Part shown: one piece after another, positions 35,676 through 46,466 of the stretch
Position numbering within the stretch: position 1 is the stretch's first letter
Layout of the letters: each line of letters begins with the position of its first letter
From: Psammoneis japonica
Taxonomy: Eukaryota
Assembly: GCA_008632985.1 (NCBI GenBank)
Contig: QPGO01000167.1
Location: forward strand, 62,001-126,000
DNA length: 64,000 nucleotides
Direction of reading: 5' to 3'
Notes under the pieces: generated by a model
Databases searched by the model: none
What the model was told of the DNA's origin: nothing
What the model saw: the letters and a program-made list of their open reading frames with translations, nothing else
Translations under genes and position numbers: made by a program

Positions 35676-37390
35676 ATGATGAGACGGCGGTTGTTCTTGT
35701 CGATGCTGTTGGTTGTCAGCATTCAAGGGCCGCCTGTACCAAACAACAATGTTCTCAATCATGATTCGAATTCAACGGAGGACTTTGTCAGATTGGAACG
35801 TTCTCTACAAACGTCAATTTCAATTTTAAATGCCGTGGCATCATCCGAGTACAACAACTTTACGGCTAGCAATGCCGTTGACAAGGACATGACGAGTAAA
35901 TGGAAAAGCCAGTACCGCTATAGCGGCAGTGAATGGATCTATGTTGATTTGGGTACCCCATACCATTTATCAAGGATAATACTTTATTGGGAATCAACAC
36001 TGGATTACAATATTGACGTGTCAAACAACACGATGGATTGGATAATTGTGACGTCCGTGCCACAAGGAGAAGGCGATACTGACGAGATTGATTTGCCAGC
36101 GAACACCTATGCGAGATTTGTTCGCATTCATGGTAGAGGGACGACGACTCCATGGTGCTATTCTCTGTGGGAAATCATTGTCATGACGTACAACTCGAGA
36201 AACACAAGAGCTCTAACAGCAACATCTCCAACAACTCTTCCTCCAACGATCTCCCCCACTACGACAAGGAGTTTTTCAACAGTCTCCCCTACCATCTACT
36301 CAACTACAACGCCCCCAACAACAAACCATCCAATCATACGCAACGTGTTTGGTCCACCGCTTCCCCTCTCTGCAGCACTTTCTTCGACGACAAATCGTCA
36401 CCAAGTAGTGCACAACGTGTTTGGTCCAACCGTTCCGATAATTTACGCCTTTGCTTCTTCCGAAAAGATGCCGCATAGGGCTCTTCACGCCATTGATGGA
36501 AATTCAGACACATATTGGCAAAGCCGACCGAGCAATGACGAATGGATTGTAATAGACTTGGGCGGCAGATATTCCTTGTTTGGCATCACATTGCATTGGC
36601 GGCAACTACCAACCATTCGCGGAAGAAGTTTCGACCTTGAAATCTCGGATGACCCATATGATTGGTACTTGTTGAAATCAATCAAAGGCAGCAGCCTCAA
36701 AACCGATTCTATTCGTGGTTTACCCGGTTGGACGGGTCGTATGTGAGGATACGAGGTCACCGACAACGAGGAAGGTTTAGAGGATTTGCATTGCGGGATA
36801 TTAGTGTGCAAGGAAGCGCCCTTGCTAGTGACGGTGAAGCAGCGCCACGTCTCTTTGGAGATCCGGTTGAACCCGCGACACCAACGCTGAGTCCAACAAA
36901 GGAATTTTCACCCCTCACTCCCACTGGGCCGGAATCCTTTCTTCTGAGACTCTTTTGGAAACCAGGTTACAATTGGCAGCAAGAAACAAGAGAAAGGTTC
37001 TATTGCATGGCGTATTCCTCGTCCGAAGACAGAGTCAAGGTTTTAAAGTGTGACGACCGCTCCATTACCAGATGGGAATTTCTATCCGACCACCAAGAGG
37101 GACAATTGATTCGAATGTACAACAGCAATCAATGCATTGGAGTTAGAGCCAACAGCAACAATTCCATTGCTCTCGGGAGTTGCAGCCGTCTCAAAACAAG
37201 ACAAAGGTGGATAACGGAAGAGCTGAGTGGCTTTATGGGAGAGAAATTTGACCTTCGGCCCATTGACAACCCCCACAGGTGCCTTACACAAGGACATCAT
37301 CCGAAACCTGGGGAAAGGGTGTATCCCGCGTCTTGTGAAATTGCACATCGACACAAGACTGGCTTTTGGAATACGTACGAAAATCCATAA
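35676..37390 (+). CDS. Secreted protein: two F5/8 type C (discoidin) domains, Thr/Pro linker, C-terminal ricin-B-like domain
   Basis: ASS..A.NAVD....KWKS..EWIYVDLG twice, ARFVRI; C-terminal RLFWKPGYNWQQE..CM, QRW, CLT; one frameshift ~36740. Confidence 0.82.
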
Positions 37391-37489
37391 CTTATAGACT
37401 AAAATATAATTTCTCAAAGAAGGACTAATGTTTTGTTGCTTGAACATAGCGGACTTTACAAAACGTTGGGCGACAAAGTGGCTAAGCCC

Positions 37490-37812
37490 TCTAGACTCTT
37501 TAGGCCCTAGAGAGAGCGAGAGAGCTCGCTTGCCCTTTTGCAATATCTTACCTCTGCCGTTGCTAGTACTGTAGTCCTAACTGCTGCTACCTATCCTCGC
37601 TCTACGCTTTACCGTAGAGAATTAGTAGCTACTTCTACTCTCTCTAGAGCTAGCGTGTAGTAGATAGTTCAGTTAGGGGGGTAACGACTAACTCTCTACC
37701 TATCTTGTAGACCCTACCAGTACGCCGCCCGGTAGTCTCTACTACTCTCTAGCTAGAGGGAGGCCCTCTACCCTTTAGCTACTCTCTACTCTACCACTCT
37801 AGAGAGTCTACC
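37490..37812. repeat. CTAG/CTAC/TAGAG-rich low-complexity tract
   Basis: Dense permutations of ctctag, ctact, tagag, agtag. Confidence 0.75.
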
Positions 37813-37998
37813 GCACGATGCGATAGGTCGAAACGGACAACGAACGGACTAACTGTTGGTCTGTCTGTATTTACGTTTCCCTTGACACGCGTCGCAACCG
37901 CCGCGCGCACAACGATCACTTTCGATGAAAATCGAAAAGACACTTTGGTTGCGTTTGCCTTATTTTTCGTCGTGCTACAGTCTTGACAGCGATACAAC

Positions 37999-39121
37999 AT
38001 GCCGTTTGCACAAGTTGGAGGTGTCGGTGATGCCGCTGGTCCACAGGTGAGTCGATGTCGTGCATTGTCACAGAGCGACGGTCGCCATGATGGTGTGTTG
38101 TCGCAACATGCCATTTCTGCGAATGACTTTGAATATATTTGTTATTCAATCTTGAATATTTATATTAAATCGACACTTTTTCGCTCACAAAATCGCTCTC
38201 TTGGATTCTCACTCTCGTGCCCTCTCCCCGATACTCGTACTTGCAGGATTGGTTCAATGCATTGCCCATAATTACACGGTATTGGTTTGGACTGACATGT
38301 GCCTTGACATTATGTGGTAATTTTGGAATCGTTTCCATTTACAAACTGCTTTTTGATTGGTCGTCGATTCGAGAGAACTTTGAGATTTGGCGCTTGGCGT
38401 CGCCGTTCCTGTATGCGGGACCCTTCAAGTTTGAGACTGTGATTAAGGTATATATGCTTGTGAGCTTTAGCAAGCAGTATGAAGCGGGGGGTCCCTTCAA
38501 CACGGGTGCGGGTGGCGGAACGGCGGATTATGCCTTTTCGCTCCTATTTGCCATGGCTGGCACCCTGCTTTCGTACCCGCTGCTTGTTGGCATATTTAGT
38601 ATCCCTCCCATATTCTCCAATACATTGATTTCGTTTGTCCTTTATGTGAGTAAATGAATTATGATTATCCTCGAAGCATGTCGACTGTTGTGGTTTTCTC
38701 ACACACTCAAACAATCGAACTGATTTTCTGCTTTCAGTGCTGGTCCAAGAGAAATCCGACCGCCAATGCCAATATATGGGGAATACCAGTAAAGGCGATT
38801 TACTTTCCTTTTGCTTACTTGGGTCTAAATGTCGTCATGGGCAACCCTTACTTGGATATGCTTCACGGAATGGCGATTGCGCACGTGTTTTACTTTTTGG
38901 TGGACGTACTTCCTGCTGTTCAAGGAAAGACAATTTTGCACACTCCACGCTTTTTGATTGATTTCTTTGGAGTGGGAGAATACACGGCACCTCCGCCTCC
39001 GGTCAATCCCGCATTTCAGCCGAACCGTGGTGGCATACATCAGGCCGGTGGTCAACAGCAACAACCACGGGGTGGTGGACACAACTGGGGTGGAGGAGGA
39101 CAACGGCTTGGGACACAATGA
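37999..39121 (+). CDS. DER1: Derlin (Der1-like ERAD membrane protein), exons 37999-38046, 38247-38645, 38738-39121
   Basis: LPIITRYWF, FEIWRL (WR motif), WSKRNP, G...AHVFYFL, C-terminal HNWGGGGQRLG (SHP box); GT-AG introns keep frame. Confidence 0.92.
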
Positions 39122-39319
39122 GTCGAATAGCATTATTTGGCAATCTAGTGCTAGCGTAGATTTTAATGAGGCTTTGAAAGTGATTAGATTGAACTTTTGA
39201 AGCTTTGTTGGATGCTAATTAGTTTCAGTGAGCGACTGTTTGTTCCACCCGACACATTTGACTATTTTGCAGTAGTAGATTTAAGGAGAATGTGGCCGTT
39301 CAATGCTGGTATCGCTCCA

Positions 39320-41032
39320 TTACTTGTAAGGCTTTGTAATAAATCCTTCCATTGCCAGCTCATGAAGGTGCTCGATCAACTCAGCATGCTTTGGATCATC
39401 ATACAAGTTGTTCTCTTCTCCTTTGTCGTTGACCAAGTCGAACAATTCATTCTTGCTCTCTGCGTACCAGCAATATTTCCATCGGCCTTTACGAACCATG
39501 CGCGCCCCTCCGTGACTATGCCTATAATTCTCACTGATGGCATGCCGCTTCCAACCATCCTCTTCTCCGCGAATTATAGGCATGAGCGTCTTTCCGTCTA
39601 CTTCTTCTGGAATTGGAATGTTGCACAATTCGCACAAAGTTGGGAAGATATCCATTAGCTGGACTGGAGACCATACTGTAGTGTTGACCTCAATCTCTCC
39701 CGGGTATGAAAGGATGAGAGGAACTTTTGCTGAGTCTTCATAGAATGCGTTCTTGAACCAGACACCACGCTCCCCAGCTAGTTCCCCGTGATCCGATAGA
39801 TAAACAATAATTGTGTCGTTACGCAAACCTTTTTGTTCGAGCTTTCTAATCATCCACCCAAAAAGCGCGTCAACATAGGTGATCTGCCCAAAGTATACGG
39901 CGCGGGCAGTCTTGATTTGCTCGTTTGTCATGTTTCCCCACCCGTACTGTTCACGCTCCACCTTTTTTGCGTGGGGAAGGTTCTCAATCATCTGGGGGGT
40001 AACACGTGGTAAATCAGTCACCTCCTTGTACATGTTGTAGTATTCCTCAAGAACGATGAAGGGAAAATGCGGGTTGACGAGCGACAACCCGAGAAGAAAA
40101 GGTTTGCTGCCATCGTATTTGTCAAGCCAGCGCCTTGCTTCTTTTGTAACAACCGCATCCAATATGGGTTTGATTTCATCACCGAACGGCTGTGCCTGTA
40201 TATTGGTTGGCATTTTATTGTGAGTTCATGTGTCATATGGTTGGAATCTTCAAGGCCATGGAAAAAGAAGCACACACCTGCATTGGTTGATTTCCAACCT
40301 TGTTTTTGAGAAGCGTGTATTCCTTGACTCTCTTGAAATGAATATCTTTAAACACTTTATCATTCTCCTTGTCGAAGCCAAGATTGGAATTTGACGTCCC
40401 CCAATGCTCCTTACCCAGCCAGGTAGCAGAATACCCCGCCTAGTGGAATTGGAGGATGCCAATGCATATTGAGAAATTTTATATGGGACTAATGCACACA
40501 AGATACAGCCACAAAGCTCAAACTCTTACCTCGGCAAAGGATCTCGCCAAAGTAACTGGAGTGTCTCGCAACCCATCTATTTTGTGGAATTTGTTGTCAA
40601 ATGCGCCAAGCTTTGAAGGGACTTGTCCTGTTACAAGTGAAGCACTAGTTTTCATCAAGCAAGAAAGACTCATAAGCACAACATAACGGTCTAGAGATAT
40701 CACCCATGCATTAAAACGCGATCTGACGATACTCACCGTGATGGCACACACACGGGATTCTGACAGTAGGCATTTCTGAACACCACGCCCGAGTCAGCAA
40801 GGGCGTCAAACGTAGGGGTTTTGACATGAGGATGCCCAGTGCGTCCCATGAGTCTTCCTGAGTGCTCGTCAGACATGAGAATCAGGACGTTTTTCTTCTT
40901 CTCGGTTTCTTGTGAAGCTGCGAATGAGATCGACGTTAGAAAGACAACAGCCATCGTCAAGAGTGTCAATCCTCTTGAGCAAAGACTAAGCTTCGCATGA
41001 TCGTTTCTCTTTGCATGAAAAGAGAAACGCAT
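39320..41032 (-). CDS. Sulfatase (choline-sulfatase-like), copy 1, intron-containing
   Basis: [21 protein letters not shown] (CxPxR), LGKEHW, NPHFP, YLSDHGE, KVPLI, ELFDL..D..E..NL. Confidence 0.9.
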
Positions 41033-41459
41033 TGTGTATGTCACCTATTAGGAACCTATTTGTACGGTACAAGTACCCGGTGCGAACGTTTTATGAGTTA
41101 TGAGCGTGTTTGTGTCTCATTGTGTCATACTGTACAGTACCGTACAGTACCAACAACTTGAAACTGTCTCTACTACTGTACGTACTGTACGAAGCTACTC
41201 TACTCTACTAGTAGTAAGTAGGTATAGAGAGAGTAGAGAGGACAACAACTGAAACTGTCTCTTATTAGAGGACAAATTTTAATTAACACTACTCAACATT
41301 TATCGTTTTGGAATCGGTTATTGAAAAAATAATAAATAATGTCGCGACAGCCTCAAAATAGAGTCATGCATTCATTGTTACAAGCATCAGAGTTCACTGT
41401 GCTCCACTGGCTTAGAGGGCGTACCTCTGTTGATTGGAATAAAAAATTTCCTTCATTTT

Positions 41460-42610
41460 TCTAATGCTGAAGTGGCACACTGTAAAAAAGTGCCCCCGGA
41501 TGGAAAGAGGTTGCAACGGCCGGTGGCAGTGGAGAGTTTTGGGGGAGCGAGAATGTGGTGTCTTGAGATTTCATGAAGTTGCCGTGCAACTGCAATGCTG
41601 CTTCCAAGGTTGATGGAAATGTGCACCTGGGGCAGTGGTTGTGGAAAATGTGTGTTGTGCACCAGCCAGGTCAGATGCACTGAATGTTGCCAGACATGAT
41701 GCACTCAACAACAATGTGAGAAAGCAGCGTCGGCACACACAGGCCTGTTCCAGCTCCAGGTGCTCCGCGCGGGTTCGATTCCCATCATTTGGAAAATTTG
41801 TGCATTCAGCGCAATTAACTTTTTCCAAATTCGTTTTTTGCCAAATCGAAGGGCAGGTGTACACTTTGCATGTATTTTTGGGTGTACACTCACCTTTCGA
41901 TTTTCGAAACGATCAAAATTGAAGGAGTCAATTGCGCTAAACTGCGCAGAAAATCGGCCTCTCGAGTGATGAAAAGCAGAGCACCTGGAGCTGGAACAGG
42001 CCCACACCACAGTGCCTGACTTGATGCTTGGCCAGCCATTGGCAAGGAATGGTGCTGCCAATGGCCCAAAGTGATTTTGGCAGCCACACCTGGCTGCATG
42101 TGCACATTCATGTCAGCAAATGGCAGTGTTAAAGCAGCCCACCTCTGAATCACATAAACCCATTGTTTGGTGCAGCAAAGCACCTTGTTGTGAACAAGAA
42201 AAAAGTGGCTCTCTTAAAGTGACCATCAGAACCTGCCTTCTTGAGCAGCTCTGGCACTGTTGTCACTCTTTCAGCCCCAGCCATGACAGAGAGCCTTCAA
42301 CTTGCAGAGCTCACCAAATGAAAAGGAAAAAGTGACTTCTGGGTTTGTGGCAGCACCAGACCCAGCTCTTCAAGTCTGGTCTGCTCCAGATCTGCAATTT
42401 CAACAAAACCTTTGTGTGGCAATGCAAACCCAGACCCCCCTCCAGTGTCATTGTGTCTCCATTGATGGACAAGGCTGTGTTTCCTGTTGGGACTGCTGAT
42501 TGCCTTCTGCCATGGCTGGTGGCACAGAAGTCAAAAAGAAAGAGCACGTTGAGCTGTCATGAGTGTGATGGGGAAAGTGTGTCACTTTCGTGTTGCACCC
42601 AACAATGGAC
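41460..42610. repeat. TpA-depleted block D between the tandem duplicates
   Basis: TA largely absent; contains a ~260-bp imperfect palindrome at 41742-42002. Confidence 0.65.
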
Positions 42611-42619
42611 ACAATGGCC

Positions 42620-43135
42620 AATGATTCTTTTGTTCTTTGTGTGAGCAAATGAATTGTGATTGTCCTTGAAGCATGTTGACTGTTGTGGTTTTCTGAGACA
42701 CACGGTCTTCTCGCAAATCGCAAGAAACGAGCTGTTCTTCTGTTTTCAGTGCTGGTCCCAGAGAAATCAGACCACCAATGCCAATGTGTGGGGAACACCA
42801 GTCAAGGCCATTTACTTTCCTTTTGCTTGTTTGGGTCTGAATGTCATCATGGGCAACCCTTGCTTGGACATGCTCTTCGCGGAATGGTGATTGCGCACGT
42901 GTTTTACTTTTTGGTGGACGTTCTTCCTGCGGTTCAAGGAAAGACAATTTTGCACACTCCACGCTTTTTGATTGATTTCTTTGGAGTGGGAGAATACACG
43001 GCACCTCCGCCTCCGGTCAATCCCGCATTTCAGCCGAACCGTGGTGGCATACATCAGGCCGGTGGTCAACAGAAACAGCCACGGGGTGGTGGACACAACT
43101 GGGGTGGAGGAGGACAACGGCTTGGGACACAATGA
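42620..43135 (+). pseudogene. 5'-truncated derlin duplicate
   Basis: Aligns to 38625-39121; lacks exon 1 and most of exon 2; frameshift ~42875; first ~270 bp TA-mutated. Confidence 0.9.
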
Positions 43136-43308
43136 GTAGAAAAGCATTATTTGTCAATCCAGTGCTAGCGTAGATTTTAACGAGGCTTTGAAAGTGATTA
43201 GATTGAACTTTTAAAGCTTTTTTGGATGGCACACAGTTTTGTTCCATGCGACACATTTGACTACACCTTGCGGCAGTAGATTTAGTGAGGTGGCCGGTCA
43301 ATGCTGGT

Positions 43309-45033
43309 TTAGTTCCATTTCCTGTAAGGCTTTGTAAGATATCCTTCCATTGCCAGCTCATGAAGGTGCTCGATCAAACTGGCATGTTGTGGATCATCAT
43401 ACAAGTTGTTCAGTTCTGCTGGGTCGTTTCTCAAGTCGAACAATTCATTTTTGCTCTCTGCGTACCAGCAATATTTCCATTGGCCTTTACGAACCATGCG
43501 CGCCCCTCCGTGACTATGCCTGTAATTCTCGCTGATGGCATGCCGCTTCCAACCATCCTCATCTCCGCGAATTATGGGCATGAGCGACTTTCCGTCTACT
43601 TCTTTTGGAATTGGAATGTTGCATAGGTCACACAAAGTCGGGAAGATATCCATTAACTGGACTGGAGACCATACTGTAGTATTGGCTTCAATCTCTCCCG
43701 GGTACGAAATGATAAGAGGCACTTTTGCTGAGTCTTCATAGAATGCATTCTTGTACCAGACACCACGCTCCCCAGCTAGTTCCCCGTGATCTGATAGATA
43801 AACAATAATTGTGTCGTTGCGCAAACCTTTTTGTTCGAGCTTATCAAGCATCCACGCAAAAAGTGTGTCAGCATAGGTGATCTGCCCGAAGTACACGGCG
43901 CGGGCAATCTTGATTTGGTCATCTGTCATGTTTCCCCATCCGTATCTTCGCGCTCCAACTTTTGTGCAAGGGGAAGGTTCTCAATCATCTCGGGGGTAAC
44001 CCGTGGTAAATCAATCACGTCCTTGTACATGTCATAGTATTGCTCAAGGACGATGAAGGGAAAATGCGGGTTGACGAGCGACAACCCGAGAAGAAAAGGT
44101 TTGCTCCCGTCGTATTTGTCAAGCCAGCGCCGTGCTTCCATTGTAACAACGGCATCCAATATGGGTTTGATTTCATCACCGAACGGCTGTGCCTGTATTG
44201 GTTGGCATTTTATTGTGAGTTCATATATCATATGGTTGGAATCAACAAGCCATGGAAAAAGAAGCACACACCTGCATTGGTTGATTTCCAACCTTCCTTT
44301 TGAGAAGCGTGTATTCCTTGACTCTCTTGAGATGAATATCTTTAAACACTCTATCATTCTCCTTGTCGAAGCCAAGGTTGGTATTTGACGTCCCCCAATG
44401 CTCCTTACCCAGCCAGGTAGCAGAATACCCCGCCTGGTGGAATTGGAGGATGTCAATGCACCATGAGAAGTTATGTGTGCGGATAATGTACACAAGATAC
44501 AAGATACGGCAACTGAGCTCGAACTCTTACCTCGGCGAAGGATCTCGCCAAAGTAACTGGAGTGTCTCGTAACCCATCTACTTTGTGGAAGGTGTTGACA
44601 AACGCGCCTAGCTTTGAAGGAAGTTGTCCTGTCACAAGTGAAGCGCTAGTATTCACCGAGCAAGAAAAACTCGTAAGCACAGCATCATGGTCTAGAGAGA
44701 GCACCCACGTATTGAAGCGCGATCTGGCGATACTCACCGTGATGGCACACACACGGGGTTCTGACAGTAGGCATTTCTGAATACCACGCCCGAGTCAGCA
44801 AGGGCATCAAACGTAGGGGTTTTGACAAGAGGATGTCCAACGCATCCCATGAGTCTTCCTGAGTGCTCGTCAGACATGAGAATCAGAACGTTTTTCTTTT
44901 TCTCGGTTTCTTGTGGAGCTGCGGATGCGGTCGACGCTAGAATGACAACAACCAGAATCAAGATTGTCATTCCTCTTGAGAAAAGACTAAGCTTCTCATG
45001 ATCGTATCTCTTTGCATGAAAAGCGAAACACAT
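43309..45033 (-). CDS. Sulfatase, copy 2 (tandem paralog), frameshift near 43945
   Basis: Colinear with copy 1, same motifs and intron positions; ERE|YGWGNMT broken by a 1-nt indel. Confidence 0.85.
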
Positions 45034-45374
45034 GTGGATGTCAACCAACAAAGCAATACTCTAGGGAAAGGCCGAACGAACGATTTATGAGCGTGTTGCG
45101 TGTTATGTTTGGCTTCGATGCTGATGATTCCGATTAGTGTTTGTCTCGTCTCATGTGTCTACAGATTCAAGACTTTTAATTAATTATTTATTCATAAATA
45201 TATATCAAACAAAAAGTCGTTAAATGACACGAAAGCCACTAACTCTAAGTCATTCTATTTATCTCTAAGTATCAGAGTTCACAATCCTCTAGGGCGTGGA
45301 TGACCTAAATTTTTTTACGTCCTGTTTCAAATGTGACACAAAAATGCATTTGTAGACAATGTCTGCATGCTGTA

Positions 45375-46270
45375 TCGTTTAGTCGTGGCGCCAGAACCCC
45401 GGGTGCGGCACCCAGGTTTTTTTTAATTGTTTTAATAAGGAATTTATTCTTTCGACCAAGAAATTACTGTTTTTAATACGGAACAATAGCCGTTGACAAA
45501 TGACACATGCGTCCGTTGAATCGATAAGATGTCAACACGATATTGTTTACAATCATTTCGGGCCTCATATATGTACTCTTACTTTAATAACCCTGCTTAT
45601 GCACACGAACCACCTGGTGGTCCGTGTGCATTTTTGGGTGCACACGAACCACCTGGTGGTTCGTGTGCACCCTACGCAAAATGCTGCGTAGATTTGTACC
45701 GAATTAAATCTGAATGCCTACATCTGCAGTAGGCTCTACGTGAAAACGCACTCGAAACAGTGTCCACCGAGCCGGCAGTCATGTGCCGGAACGTCGTGAA
45801 AAGTATTTTATGTCTGAGAAAGAGTTCGTCAGGGCCGGCGAACAACACCCCTCTACGATGCGACTGGTATAAAATGTACGTAAATGCACAGGAACCAGCA
45901 TGTGGTTCGTGTGCAAATTAGAGCTCGTGAAAAATAAGCAGGGATAATTGCAGATCAAAATGAGGTTGATATATCCAAAAATGAAAAACCCGGGCGCCAC
46001 GCCCTATTTCTGGTGACAGCTGTATCTCTTGTAGAGTGCACACTTTGCCGTTGGTTTTCTATTGAGAAATCTACAGAACTAAAAAGAGTATAAGAGGGTG
46101 GCGTTATGTTATATCGAAAGAGTGTTGGTAGTGCCGAACAAAGTAGCCGAAAATATTAGTGCTCCGTATGAAAAAATCAATTTCTTGGTCGAATGCATAA
46201 TTTCCGTATTAAAAAAATTAAATAAAAACCCGGGTGCCGCACCCGGGGTTCTGGCGCCACGACTAAACGA
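45375..46270. mobile_element. Non-autonomous TIR element (MITE), ~900 bp
   Basis: ~110-bp terminal inverted repeats starting tcgtttagtcgtggcgccagaaccccgggtgcggcaccc; internal 31-bp palindromes; flanks TA (left) and CA (right). Confidence 0.85.
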
Positions 46271-46466
46271 CAGTGATCATTCTTCCCTTCATCACATCAC
46301 ACGCCGTGAACAGTCATTGTCTTCGCGCGTGCTCACTTTTCGAGTGATTGGGCCGATGCCCAACTTCTGGGACCTGTTCTCCATTTGCAGAATTCATTGT
46401 CCAGAACAGAGAGCCCTGTCTCCAAGAAAGGCATGCACAGCACATGTGTGCAGAGGAGATGCTCGC

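Noticed and set aside
42620..42890. CpG methylation decay or classical RIP as the sole explanation of the TG/CA excess
   Set aside because: CpG decay is present but cannot remove TA, and RIP would increase TA; the intact derlin copy shows TA as the source state
45600..45669. Palindromic direct repeats as a CRISPR array
   Set aside because: Only two adjacent units with a spacer under 10 bp, inside a MITE, eukaryotic context, no cas genes
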